A DNA stretch of 63,994 nt, counting the filler, from Octopus bimaculoides (taxonomy: Eukaryota): NCBI RefSeq assembly GCF_001194135.2. It is 5 parts of 5 records of this genome, joined end to end, with 100 filler letters (N's around TTAATTAATTAA, not from the genome) between each part and the next. Parts side by side here need not be neighbours in the genome. Positions count along the whole stretch, not along the records: positions 1 to 24,748 come from NC_068981.1; 4 more parts are not named here. One strand, given 5' to 3'. The notes below the pieces were generated by a model. The model saw nothing but the letters and a program-made list of their open reading frames with translations. It searched no databases and was not told the origin of the DNA. The position numbers were made by a program, and so were the translations under genes. Positions 1 to 12,656 of this stretch are shown here, in pieces. Every line of letters starts with the position of its first letter. Within the stretch, counting starts at the first letter, position 1.

Positions 1-123
1 GCAAAACACTTTCAATACAGTAACCATAAGAGCACCACAGCAAACCACAGCACATACCCAAGGCACACAGAGCTGCGCTCGGTAGTGAAGGGAAAGCACG
101 TTATAAAAATAAAACTACTGAAC

Positions 124-170
<47 letters not shown>
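1..170 (+). mobile_element. 3' end of an R4/Dong-like (RLE) LINE with (AAT)n tail
   Basis: End of ORF (RKTLSIQ*), ~100 nt 3'UTR, then (AAT)n at 123-170; nearly identical to 24896-25066. Confidence 0.75.
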
Positions 171-172
<2 letters not shown>

Positions 173-329
173 GTTAGCGCCAGCCTTGACAGCGGCTGGA
201 CGTGTTCTTCGCTGCTCTGACCAGTCAGCACCCGAAAACACCGAAACACAGATACAACCCTGTGAGTATCTTAAATTTCCCTCAAAATAAGTTAAGAAAC
301 TTGTAAATCTACAGTTTTCGAACAGACGA

Positions 330-705
330 TCAACTTTAAACGCTTTAATACCTACAACTTCTGTGAATACCTATCCCTTTCTTTCTCCCTCAGTATTCGA
401 ATAAACATCCTTTTTATTCTAAGAACACTACACTTTTCTCTGTTCGGACAAACAAAAGATCATCTTTAGTAAATTTTAAAACTTTAACATCTACAATTTT
501 CAGTGAAAGTTTTACCTCCTTTTCTTTTCTTTCCTTTATCCCTGATTATTCGAAAATGTAAACATCCTTTTTATTGCAAAGACACTACAGTCTTCTCTGA
601 TCGGACATGCGAACAATCATCTCTAGAAAATTTTAAAACTTTAATGTCTACAATTCTGTGTGAAAATTTACCCTTTCTTTTCTCCTTGACTACCCGAATA
701 TGTCT
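330..705. repeat. Diverged ~155-bp tandem repeat (about 2.5 units)
   Basis: ttcgaa..taaacatcctttt at ~396 and ~550; aaattttaaaactttaa..tctacaatt at ~471 and ~628; acactaca..ttctctg.tcggaca recurs. Confidence 0.7.
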
Positions 706-949
706 TCCGCTTCACTAACCACTGTCTGTTATGTGGCTTTCTAGCAAAACCTTTCACAATATCTTTTAGTTACTTATGTGTTAATTTATATACAATTTCT
801 GTTTTTATTTCTTAATTCTACATTTAAGCAGAAAAGCATCTAAACAAATTAAGAAACAGAAACGAAATATAACAAGGAAATTGTAAACGTCTCAAAAAGT
901 AAAAGCAGGAGGCTTGAAGGAAATTGGCTTAAAACCGAACAATAAACAT

Positions 950-1143
950 TTTTTCCTACTCTAGGCTCAAGGCCCGAAATTTTGGCGGAGGAGGCCAGTC
1001 GATTAGATCGACCCAGTATGCAACTTGTACTTAATTTATAGACCCCGGAAAAGATGAAATGCTAAGTCGACCTCGGCAGAATTTGATCTCAAAACGTAAA
1101 GTCAGACGAAATACCGCTAAGCATTTCGCCCGGCGTGCTAACG
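950..1143 (-). mobile_element. tRNA-derived SINE family A, standard tail, 5'-truncated
   Basis: Reverse complement carries the B-box region and the family A body gtcgac..tttcatc..ggggtc..aagtac; tail gggccttgagcctagagtagg. Confidence 0.85.
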
Positions 1144-1385
1144 TATTTTATCTCTTTGCTGACCACAAGGGGCTACACGCAGAGGGAACAAACAAGGACA
1201 GACAGAGAGACGGATAAACTCGATCATATCGACCCCAGTGCGTAACTGGTACTTATTTAATCGACCCCGAAAGTATGAAAGGCAATGTCGACCTCTGCGG
1301 AATTTGAACTCAGAACGTAGCGGCAGACGAAATACCGCTAAGCATTTCTCCCGGCGCGCTAACGACTCTGCCGGCTCGCTGCCTT
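1144..1385 (-). mobile_element. tRNA-derived SINE family A with alternative (Tx1-like) 3' tail
   Basis: Head GCGAGCCGGCAGAGTCGTTAG, B-box GAGTTCAAATTCC; 3' tail ...cctctgcgtgtagccccttgtggtcagcaaagagata differs from the standard tail. Confidence 0.85.
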
Positions 1386-1670
1386 AGTAATATCAAAAGA
1401 TATATAAAACATTCATGAATGTTGACATCTAATACGAAACCCTAATGAGATCAACGTGTGTGATGACGTCCATGACAGTGATCATGCTTCTATAGGTGCA
1501 CGCATATGTATATGCATTCATGTGTACATCCATTCATGTGCGCATACAAATATATACGCATATATAAGTGTGTATATATATATATATATATNNNNNNNNN
1601 NNNNNNNNNNNNNNNNNNNNNNNNNNNNNNNNNNNNNNNNNNNNNNNNNNNNNNNNNNNNTACACGTATA

Positions 1671-1722
<52 letters not shown>

Positions 1723-2054
1723 TTTGTGTGTGTGTGTGTGTGCGTGTGTATTACAAATGCATATGTGTGCATAAATGCATATATGTATATGTACAAGCAC
1801 GGATAGATAGGGTGGCATAGTGTTAGTGTGTATAAAAGCTAATCATTTATATCTCCTGACATCTCCATATTTCGAACGTACCTCAGGCATTCAGGTACCA
1901 CAGCATTACATCCGCTGAGTAAATCCGAAACATCGTGCATCGTACTGATAAAGACTGAAATGCATACATGCACACACACAGACATGTACATGTATATATA
2001 TACATATATATATATACATATACATATATATACACCCATACATAGACATACATG

Positions 2055-2101
<47 letters not shown>

Positions 2102-2756
2102 NNNNNNNNNNTATATATACATATATATAAATATATATATAGTATAAAAAAACTTCGGTGTATATGTATGAATTATGAATATAACATTCATTAATGAAAT
2201 TACATGCACTCCAATTCTTTTTTGCAAGTGTAAACATGTTGCTTAATAATTATCTGAAACGTTTTAATTACCAGTTTAATTATATTAGTAAATACGAGAT
2301 CGTCATATCTAATACGACGGAATGCTAATTGAACAACAATGCTCAGCTTATGCCTTCAGGTGTTTTTCCAATTCGATGAAGATATTTGTGTCAAACGCTT
2401 TCGAAAATGGCAAACACGATAGAAACAAGCTGAAAAAAATTCTAGAAATTGAGAATTTAAATAGATTCAACGAATTTGTTCCACACATAAATCGCTTATA
2501 GTTTTACTCTTCCTACAACGTTTTATTCTGAATCGTAACTGATAAGCAATAGCGGCATTGGTTATATGTCTGTAATAGCTGATTTACTGATAGGCGAAAC
2601 TAACAAGGGAGTGCCCGTAAATTAGTACAAAACAATTATTGTAAAGGGCTTCATGCGACGTGTGCCGGTCTGTCGGGTCTGTCAAGCATGTTTATTCACC
2701 GGTGAAAGATAGATACACGTACAAACATATACATAACCTCCCCCACACACAAACAT

Positions 2757-2790
<34 letters not shown>

Positions 2791-4869
2791 NNNNNNNNNN
2801 NNNNNNNNNNNNNNNNNNNNNNNNNNNNNNNNNNNNNNNNNNNNNNNNNNNNNNNNNNNNNNNNNNNNNNNNNNNNNNNNNNNNNNNNNNNNNNNNNNNN
2901 NNNNNNNNNNNNNNNNNNNNNNNNNNNNNNNNNNNNNNNNNNNNNNNNNNNNNNNNNNNNNNNNNNNNNNNNNNNNNNNNNNNNNNNNNNNNNNNNNNNN
3001 NNNNNNNNNNNNNNNNNNNNNNNNNNNNNNNNNNNNNNNNNNNNNNNNNNNNNNNNNNNNNNNNNNNNNNNNNNNNNNNNNNNNNNNNNNNNNNNNNNNN
3101 NNNNNNNNNNNNNNNNNNNNNNNNNNNNNNNNNNNNNNNNNNNNNNNNNNNNNNNNNNNNNNNNNNNNNNNNNNNNNNNNNNNNNNNNNNNNNNNNNNNN
3201 NNNNNNNNNNNNNNNNNNNNNNNNNNNNNNNNNNNNNNNNNNNNNNNNNNNNNNNNNNNNNNNNNNNNNNNNNNNNNNNNNNNCTCTCTCTCTCTCTCTC
3301 TCTCTCACTCTCTCTCTCTCTCTCTCTCTTTCTGTTCCTCTTCACTAATACTCATCCTTTTGCTACATGAAGAAAACTAAACACTGAATATCCGAAGTTT
3401 TAATGTGATAATGATTGACTTTTAATTAACAGCTCTAACGTGAATTATACTTAAATAAAACGCTTTGGTTAACTACTCCCTCTTCTTGATATTTTTATGT
3501 ATTCTTCATGGAATTCTAACATTTTCTTCTTCTTATAGATCGATACTATGGTATCCTCATTGAATGATAAACGACTTTAGATGAACAATGATGTTATTTC
3601 CTTTAGCAACATTCTTATCTTCAAATTAATTTATAACAATGGTAAGGAGAGAGTAAATAAATATTGTATATTCGACTGCGTGCTTCGAAAATTTCAAAAT
3701 AATCCTGCGATAAACATGCAGCTAAAATTTTAGTGAAATCTATTAACGAGTGATTTAAAGTGTAAAAGAAAGAAATTAAACGATTCAATTCTGTAATTCT
3801 TCTTCGAATAGTTTTAATTTCCTCGACGTAAAACGTTAGACAAAACGACCGAGTAAATATAGCACTGTTCTCATTAATACAAGTCACTTTTATTGTATGT
3901 TTCGATGTAGAAGGAGAATGTTTTCTCGTGGAATTGAATTCGTAAACAAACTCAAGGAGAAAATCCATCTTTACATATTTCGATAATTTAATCATTGCTC
4001 TTATAATCGATATAGTTAAATTGTAATGAAAGAAATGTGAATTTGTGTGCATTCTCACTTAAATTCCATCTTTACTTTTCTATTTCGAACAATGAAACAC
4101 ATTTTGCTGTTCTGTATTCAGAAACGAATGACTAATACCATCTTAGCAACTGGTTAGGTCTTTCTCAAGATAATTTCTCTGTGTGTGCATATATATATAT
4201 ATATATACATGAGTGTGTGCTACATATGTGTGTGTATGTGTGTGTGTAAATGTGTCTATGTGAGTTTGTGTGTGCGTGTGTATACGTGTGTACAAGTGTG
4301 TATAGCCTTACAATTATTTACCCGATGCGTCATCGTCGGTGAAATACAGATTTAGTGCAAGTGCTATAGAGCTTGTCATGACCGTTCTATGTAATTTGAA
4401 ATGTCTTTATCTGGACAACATTTACTCCACAGAAAATGAAACAATTACTTGATTACGCATGCGCACCGTTCAAGCATGTATTAGTTGCGAGAGAGACCAT
4501 AATTTTCCTTGTAATTAATTGATGAGATGTCAAGTGGAAAGTTAGAGTTATCTGCAAGAGAGAGCAGCGAACCAAAGACGGAGAGAACGCTATCATGGTT
4601 GAATGCAAACATATCTGCCTTAATAGCTTGCAAGAGATGCGGAGCAATTGGCGAGGGGTGACACCCAACTGATAAGCTCATTTCTCGCTAGAAAGCTTTT
4701 ATAGGAATAAACAGTTTGTTTCGTGGAACTGAAAAGGGAACCTTTCCTATATATTTAGCTTCCATTCTTCAATCTAAGACTCCACAATACAATTCTTTTA
4801 CATATCAGTCTGAATAAGATCTGATTCTTTTTTGTTTTTGCAATTACACTCATTCATACAAATTCTTTG

Positions 4870-4999
4870 TCTTCTTCTTCTTCATCTTCTTCTTCTTCTT
4901 TTTCTTCTTCTTCTTCTTCTTCTTCTTCTTCTTCTTCTTCTTCTTCTTCTTCTTCTTCTTCTTCTTCTTCTTCTTCTTCTTCTTCTTCTTCTTCTTCTT

Positions 5000-5067
<68 letters not shown>

Positions 5068-5082
5068 TATTATTATTACTAA
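4870..5082. repeat. Compound trinucleotide microsatellite (CTT)n-(ATT)n
   Basis: Directly visible; source of the poly-L/I and poly-S/Y pseudo-ORFs. Confidence 0.97.
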
Positions 5083-5100
5083 TAATCAGAAGAAATAATT

Positions 5101-5280
5101 TGCGATATATCTTCCGGTTCTTTTCATTCTGAGTTCAAATTGCACCGACGTTAACTTTGCCTTTCATCCCTCACGGGCCCATAAAATAAGGTACCAGCCA
5201 AGTACTGCAACCCTTGGTGTCGAATAAGCCTCTGCCCTCACAAATACGGGCCTGCGGCAACAAAATCAGAAATAATAATA
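5101..5280 (+). mobile_element. SINE family A, diverged and 5'-truncated
   Basis: ttctgagttcaaatt..actttgcctttcatcc..ggtaccagc body. Confidence 0.65.
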
Positions 5281-5333
5281 ATTATTATTATTAGTAGTAG
5301 TAGCAGCAGCAGCAGCAGTAGTAGTAGTAGCAC

Positions 5334-5369
<36 letters not shown>

Positions 5370-5512
5370 CAGTAGTAGTAGTAGTGGTCGTCTTCTTTGC
5401 CTTCGATGCGTTCAGTATAAGTGAAGTACAAAGGTGGATGTTATCGATTGTCCCCCTCCCCTCAAAATTACTGATCTTGTCCCTAAATCAAACCATTATT
5501 AATATCATACAA

Positions 5513-5712
5513 GCGGCGAGCTGGCAGAACCGTTAGCACATCAGGCAAAATGCTTAACGGTATTTCGTCCGTCACTACGTTCTGAGTTCAAATTCCGCCC
5601 TGGTTGATTTTTGCCCTTTATCTTTTAGGGGTCCATAAAATAGGTACCAGTTTAATCGATTTACTTCCTTCCTGGAAATTGCTGGACTTGTACCAACATT
5701 TGAAACAATTAT
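5513..5712 (+). mobile_element. SINE family A, full length
   Basis: GGCGAGCTGGCAGAACCGTTAG head with A-box-like motif; GAGTTCAAATTCC B-box. Confidence 0.85.
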
Positions 5713-6977
5713 GGTTGTTTTTTTTTTATGCGCTGAGTAGAGTGGATGTGCACAAACTTAGGGCCATAGAAGCATCAAGTTCTTGTGTTTATGCTTAATG
5801 AAAAAATATACTTTTCTATGGTTAGGGTTATGCAGTTAGGTTTCTTTATTTCATAAGTATTTATTTGTGCCTTCTTGGTCTGGCTTGTAAGCCCCACAAA
5901 AATGTCAACAAGTCTCTAAACATTTAGTAAAAATATATATAGCCGTTGTAAAATTAAATTTGACAAACAGAAAGAAAAAAAGACAACAAGCAGACAGTAG
6001 TGCCGTACAGCATAACCAACAGTTTCACAAACGGCAAACAATAAATACAATTACAAGGCAGTGATTTCTTGGCCAATGTCTCCCCTGCCACCCTGCTACC
6101 CTTTCACCCTAATAATAACAATGAACAGCAGACAACTCTGATGAGAAAACAGAAGTCTTTTCACTCTGTATTCTCTTGGAGGGACCCTCTACGGAGCTGC
6201 TCATATTTAATGAAATAGTGCCAATTATACCTCAAATTATTGTCTGGTAAAAGGAAAGAATAAGTTAGATAAACTATTGTTAAATAAACATTGTCTGAAA
6301 CAATGGATTATAATTACTTTGTTTTTGGTCTGACTCGGGCGATAAATAACAATATCCTACCATTATTGTCAAGGATGCATAACATTTGGCTCCACTGACA
6401 TGGGACGCTCAACCAGCAAAATTGGTCTCGAAGTTGAGCTTTCGTCGTCTCTAGAATTCAATGAAGCCAGAGAAAGACAATTAAAGTTGTCACACCAACT
6501 GAACGGCACTGACAACTATTTTTATTGTTCTACACGGTTGGCTGATTATATTATTCAATATTTATTCTCAACTCATCCGCCACTCAAAGTCAACCTTGTT
6601 TTATTTACTCCCAGAATGACGCTAATAAATTTGTAAAAAAAGTTGATTTGTTTTACTCTTGCGTTTCAAAACGAGCCAGAAAAATAAAACCGATGCTGTT
6701 TTTTTAATTATAATTTTCCAGTCGTCATATTTATATTGCATGTCTTCAATGCACAACCAAGCACAGCTCTGTGTGCATCGGATATGTGCAGTGTTTTGTT
6801 ATGGGTTGTTGTTTTTTTTTCCTATTTCGTACACAGCTCTCTACACGAGATCCGTGCAGTACCCAGAACCACTGTTTCCTAAATATTATATTTGTAAGTC
6901 ATGGTTTTGATCAGACATTTCTATGCACGTATTCACACATTCGCGAAACACCTATCTTTTAAGTTTTTAGTGAAAAC

Positions 6978-7270
6978 GCGTCGCTTAGTGATTACGATAC
7001 TACACTTGTAAGGCCCTGAGTTCGATTCCAGGCTGGGCATTGTATCCGTGAGCAAACACTTCTTTTCACGTTGCTCTAGTCCCCTCAGCTGACAAAAATG
7101 TGTCCCTGTATTTCAAAGGGCCAGCCTTATCGCATTCCGTGTTACACTGAATCTCCCTGAGAACTATATTAACGGTATGTTGTGTGTGGAGTCCACATTA
7201 ATTTCGCAATCAGGCTGTTCCGTTGATCCGATCAACAGGAATTCTCGTCGTCGTAACCGACGGAGTACCG
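6978..7270 (+). mobile_element. tRNA-derived SINE family C
   Basis: A-box-like GCTTAGTGATTA and B-box GAGTTCGATTCC; body tcaaagggccagcctt..gaatctccctgagaact; tail gtcgtcgtaaccgacggagtacc is shared with 17589-17847 and 59497-59537. Confidence 0.75.
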
Positions 7271-7287
7271 GTTTTTGTTTTTTTTAT

Positions 7288-7561
7288 CCTTTACTTGTTT
7301 CAGTCATTAGACTGCGACCATCCTGCAGCACCAATTTGAAGAATTTTTAGTCAAACGAATCGGCCCCAGTGCTTATTATTTTTTAAGCGTTGTATTTATT
7401 CTGTAGGTCTCTTTTGCCGAACCGCTATGTTACGGGTACCTAAACACACTATCACTAGTTGTCAAACGGTGATGAGGTGGGTATAAAGAGACACAAAGAC
7501 ACACCCATGGCCGTAGTCTAACGACTGAAACAGGTCGAAAATAAAATACACACACACACAG

Positions 7562-7624
<63 letters not shown>

Positions 7625-7775
7625 CACGACAGGCTTCTTTCAGTTTCCTTCCACTAAATCCACTCACAAGGGTTTGGTCGGCCGGAGTCTATAGCAGACA
7701 CTTGTCCAAGGTGCCACACAGTGGAATTGAACCCTGAACCCCGTGAGTGAGAAGCAAACTTTTACCACACTTGCG
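7288..7775 (-). mobile_element. tRNA-derived SINE family B with internal (CA)/(TA) tract
   Basis: Reverse complement shows head GGTTCAATTCC, a CORE-like ccttggacaag motif and tail aatgactgaaacaagtaaagg. Confidence 0.85.
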
Positions 7776-7836
7776 CTTATAATGATAAAACTTGTTTCTC
7801 TTTTCAGTTCCTACATTGTGATTGTTGTTGTTATTG

Positions 7837-7887
<51 letters not shown>

Positions 7888-8307
7888 GGGTTAGAGAGCA
7901 GCATGCGCCATCAAAATGATGCTGGGGTACAAATTTACGAATTTGTAGCCATCATGACTACCCGTCTGAGCAATATGTGTGCGACATATTGATCTCGTAT
8001 CAAGATAACGAGCACATGAACTCGCAGGTAGGAACCAGTTACAATTTTATGCGGGGCGAGTTGGCCATCCCGCTCGAAAGGTCTCTGAATAAGGGCTGTT
8101 TAAGGGATGAATTATTAAGACTCTGAACAATCCCTCTCAACAGATGGCTATGATGCTTCTCCACTTACACCTGATCGTAATTAGAGATGCACATATCATC
8201 AACCACCAAGGTACATTATGCTCAACTGGTTACAGTCAAGCAACACACTTCCAAATCTCTGCAAATCTCAGCAGAATATTTGCTGAATAGCACAGATTTT
8301 AATCAGT

Positions 8308-8515
8308 GGGCTGACGGAATCGTTAGCACGTCGGACAATATGCTTAACGGCACTTCCTCCGGCTTTACGTTCCTAGTTTAAATTCCACCGAGGTTGACTT
8401 CGACTTTCTTCCTTCGGGTCAATTATGTAAGCACCAGTTTATCACTGGGGTCGATTTAATCCACTTGTCGCCAACCCTAAAGCCGGTGGTCTTGTGCCAC
8501 ATTCGTGCAACGTTA
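8308..8515 (+). mobile_element. SINE family A, diverged
   Basis: ggaatcgttagcacgtcggac..ccgaggttgacttc..cactggggtcgatttaatc. Confidence 0.7.
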
Positions 8516-8574
8516 ACGATGCAAAAAGAGAAAATCTCAAACAGATAATAATATGAAAGCAAGTACTGGGGTTT

Positions 8575-9765
8575 CTTAACCACATTCGGGCAAATCTCAT
8601 TCTTTAGTGGCTTGTACTTCTCAATCTTTTCTAGTTCTTCATTATCCACTCGTAAATTCCCAAGTATAGCAATCTCTATGATCTTAAGTTTTTCATCATT
8701 TTACCAATTACAACAATGATTGGTTTCCGAATAACTGAATCACGCTGGATTGTAAATTCTACAAGATTTTATGCTCATTATTCTCGGTGACACCTTTTGG
8801 TTTATGCTCGTACCATTTCCGTGTTCTTCCAAGACCGTCTTTCTCACACAATCTCCAGTGAACATACTTAGCTATGATATCATGATTCCTTTTGTATTTC
8901 AATTGAGCCAATTTGCACAATATGTGAGAATATTTCAATTTTTTTACGTCACATCCTACAAAGGGACAGTTCAGTACTCGTATCTATTTGAAACTTGGAG
9001 TAATTAATTCTCAAAGCGTGTTCCTGAGTGCTGAAAATCAATGCCTCAGTGCATCCTTTTGGATCACTTTTTCTCAGCCACCTCCAGTTGCTGGTCTTAT
9101 CTTTCCCTTCGATTTCTCTGAGGTATTGCGCATGCGTTGTTTTCAGTTTCCATTTGGTTAATCTCTGATCTTCATCTTGTTTCATAAATGTATTTGGGTG
9201 TGTCACATTTTCAGTGGGCATCCTGTTGCTATTTCTAACAGCAACAACAAAGGTTCAATCTGCTGTTTGTTGAACCATCCCAGACAGACTGTTTTTCTAA
9301 TTGACAACACAGATCTTTCATCCTTTGAGGCCTCTTCCACCCTTGTATCTAGGCACACACAGTCTATCCATATTGCTTTTAGAGTGCAGTTCCTTGTTCA
9401 TTGTCAGCGATTTCCTGGTTTTTTCCTATCGATTTCCTCAAGCTCGTTCTTTGTCCACCTAACAACACCAGCGCCATATTGCTTTAAGACAACAACCCAC
9501 ATATTCATTTCCCTGATGTTATTCTTTCCATTGAGTCGCCTTCCCATGATTACTTTGGATTTCTCTGAGGTATTCTTCCCTAAAGCCTTCCTTTATCTCA
9601 CTCTCCCTGATTTTGTCATACTCCCAAAATACCCAGATACTTATATCCATCAATCTCAACGTCTTCAATTCTTTCGTCGTTGAGTAGTTCTATACCATCG
9701 GATGACACCATTTCCCTCTTTTTATGATAAGCACATCACACCTATTAATCCTAAATTCCGTCTTA
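8575..9765 (-). mobile_element. Degenerate R4/Dong-like non-LTR retrotransposon (RT thumb, Zn knuckle, RLE)
   Basis: Broken frames give DGYKYLG, YGAGVVRWTKNELEEIDRK, DRLCVPRYKGGRGL, WLRKSDPKGCTEALIFSTQEHAL, WYEHKP, EKIEKYKPLKNEI, typical of RLE-bearing R4-clade ORFs; many stops and frameshifts. Confidence 0.85.
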
Positions 9766-9769
9766 TTTA

Positions 9770-10315
9770 TTTTACATGCTTCCACTGAACTATACACAGT
9801 GCGTTTCACGCACGTGCAGTGTTTTCTTTTCGTTTCATGCTTTCGATTGCGTTCTTAGCCTTTTACACAACGTGTGAAGTACCTAGCAATGTTACTTTTC
9901 ATCTATGTTGTGTATACACTAATGTGCTAGTTTCAAAGGTTTTTCTGACAATGTCTTCAGTTGGAATTGACATTTTGATTAGGAAGCATGTATACTCCTG
10001 GTCTCCTTGACAACAAAATCTTGTCAACTATCCTCGATTCTTTTGTCTATGTATTATCATAGCCTAGACTATTGTTGCTTTGCCGTTCCCAGAGACCGAT
10101 TCTTGCGTATGCATATTCTACCTCTTTTCTCTCTTGGTATTTCATAGGGCTGGCATTACTTCCAGTGATTGTAAGTTCCAGCTCTGTAATGTCTGTGGAT
10201 GTGTTCTTCCTTAGTTAAGACTGGGAACCAGAGACCATGTAGTTAATAGTTACTTCTATTTCAATCCATATCCTGCAGTTACTTTATTCTACTTTGGCGA
10301 ATTCTTGTAAAAAAG
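9770..10315 (-). mobile_element. Second, older R4/Dong-like 3' fragment
   Basis: PVLTKEEHIHRHYRAGTYNHWK (RH..G.YxHW motif), GKATIV*AM, CFLIKMSIPTED and KVTLLGTSHVV; its 3'UTR resembles that of the 1-122 copy. Confidence 0.65.
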
Positions 10316-10978
10316 ATTTCCTCTGCCAGAACTAAAAAAAAAATTTACAGAACTCGTTTTAAAATTTGCGCTTTTCATCTAATGTTGCGAATAATATTTG
10401 TCTGTTTCAACCCTTTCCATTTTTATTTCCAGACATCCGCCATGAAGTGGATATTTCTTGCAACGTATTCAATCACTGCATTTTCGAACTCTCTTTGCTA
10501 GAGTATCTTTCTTCCTCACAAGTTGTTTCAAAGTTCAGCGTCAGCTTCGCATTGGCGGTTTTTTACATGGCACTTTTAATTCCAGTAGAAAACGGAGAGT
10601 TTTCCTTCAAAAATGTTAGCTAACATTATAATTCCGCATATCTCCGAGAAAATTTTATTTTCATTCCGTTCACATTTCTGCAATGACAATGTGTTTGTGG
10701 TTAAGTAAAAGAAGGAATGATTCGCTAGGAAACTCAGACATCGATAACAAGTATGGAGATATATCAGTTTATCTTGCTTATCTTTGTCAAAGGTCATTCA
10801 AATAAAACTAGCTTCGGCTCTCAGAAACCCAAAATATGTAGGCTTTATACTTGCTTATTATATTTTCTATTTGTCTATTCTGCATCCATTAATCAGGAAT
10901 TAAATATTTACAGACAATTATATCAAAGGACATATTATATGACTCTCTTAAGTTTTCTGTCTCTACCTCTCGCACTCC

Positions 10979-11023
<45 letters not shown>

Positions 11024-11235
11024 GCTCTCTCTCTCTTTCGCTCTCTCTCTCTCTCTCTCTTTCTCCCTCTCACTCGCTTACTTACTCTCAGTCTTTCAAA
11101 TATAACCCTTCTTTTCCTTCTCTCTTTCTCTCATTTTCTGTCTGTTTGGATGTCTTCCTCTTTCTTCCACACTCTCTCCCTCTCCCTATATATATGAAGA
11201 CACACAAATGCATATATATATATATATATATATAT

Positions 11236-11473
11236 TCTTTTATTCTTTTACTTCTTTCAGTCATTTGACTGCGGCCATGCTGGAGTACCACCTTAAAGGG
11301 TTTTAGTCGAGCAAATCGATCCCAGGATTCATTCTTTGTAAGTCTAGTACTTATTTTATCGGTATCTTTTGCCGAATCGCGAAGTTACGGTGAACGGTGA
11401 CATAAACACACCAGCTTCGGTTGTCAAGCGGTAGAGGTGGAGGAGAAAACAGAGACACAAAGACACACATAGA

Positions 11474-11511
<38 letters not shown>
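11236..11511 (-). mobile_element. SINE family B, 3' half (runs into gap)
   Basis: cagtcatttgactgcggccatgctggag..gccgaatcgcgaagttacgg..gacacaaagacac. Confidence 0.85.
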
Positions 11512-12509
11512 NNNNNNNNNNNNNNNNNNNNNNNNNNNNNNNNNNNNNNNNNNNNNNNNNNNNNNNNNNNNNNNNNNNNNNNNNNNNNNNNNNNNNNNNN
11601 NNNNNNNNNNNNNNNNNNNNNNNNNNNNNNNNNNNNNNNNNNNNNNNNNNNNNNNNNNNNNNNNNNNNNNNNNNNNNNNNNNNNNNNNNNNNNNNNNNNN
11701 NNNNNNNNNNNNNNNNNNNNNNNNNNNNNNNNNNNNNNNNNNNNNNNNNNNNNNNNNNNNNNNNNNNNNNNNNNNNNNNNNNNNNNNNNNNNNNNNNNNN
11801 NNNNNNNNNNNNNNNNNNNNNNNNNNNNNNNNNNNNNNNNNNNNNNNNNNNNNNNNNNNNNNNNNNNNNNNNNNNNNNNNNNNNNNNNNNNNNNNNNNNN
11901 NNNNNNNNNNNNNNNNNNNNNNNNNNNNNNNNNNNNNNNNNNNNNNNNNNNNNNNNNNNNNNNNNNNNNNNNNNNNNNNNNNNNNNNNNNNNNNNNNNNN
12001 NNNNNNNNNNNNNNNNNNNNNNNNNNNNNNNNNNNNNNNNNNNNNNNNNNNNNNNNNNNNNNNNNNNNNNNNNNNNNNNNNNNNNNNNNNNNNNNNNNNN
12101 NNNNNNNNNNNNNNNNNNNNNNNNNNNNNNNNNNNNNNNNNNNNNNNNNNNNNNNNNNNNNNNNNNNNNNNNNNNNNNNNNNNNNNNNNNNNNNNNNNNN
12201 NNNNNNNNNNNNNNNNNNNNNNNNNNNNNNNNNNNNNNNNNNNNNNNNNNNNNNNNNNNNNNNNNNNNNNNNNNNNNNNNNNNNNNNNNNNNNNNNNNNN
12301 NNNNNNNNNNNNNNNNNNNNNNNNNNNNNNNNNNNNNNNNNNNNNNNNNNNNNNNNNNNNNNNNNNNNNNNNNNNNNNNNNNNNNNNNNNNNNNNNNNNN
12401 NNNNNNNNNNNNNNNNNNNNNNNNNNNNNNNNNNNNNNNNNNNNNNNNNNNNNNNNNNNNNNNNNNNNNNNNNNNNNNNNNNNNNNNNNNNNNNNNNNNN
12501 NNNNNNNNN

Positions 12510-12567
12510 ATAGATAGATAGATAGATAGACAGACAGGCAGGCAGACAGACAGACAGACAGACAGAC

Positions 12568-12649
<82 letters not shown>

Positions 12650-12656
12650 ATAGATA
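12510..12656. repeat. (GATA)n/(GACA)n tetranucleotide microsatellite
   Basis: Directly visible. Confidence 0.97.

Noticed and set aside
3539-3641. Plus-strand segment with a good acceptor and donor (ttcttatag / ATG|gtaagg)
   Set aside because: Stops in all three frames; at most a non-coding exon, and unsupported.
3621-4058. 145-aa minus-strand ORF in unique AT-rich DNA
   Set aside because: No recognisable domain and no phase-2 acceptor giving a CUB exon b; it could be chance. A BLASTP search would settle it.
4456-4470. NRF1-like (ACGCATGCGCA) word; YY1-like AAAATGGCGG at 61202
   Set aside because: Single short motifs with no promoter context; expected by chance or inside repeats.
6136-6170. 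CTGATGAG followed by a stem-loop (similar CTGATGAG words at 20967 and 50073)
   Set aside because: No GAAA after stem II, so not a hammerhead.
10442-10501. Acceptor followed by a Kozak-like ccgccATG and MKWIFLATYSITAFSNSLC*
   Set aside because: It terminates after 19 codons, with no convincing donor before the stop.
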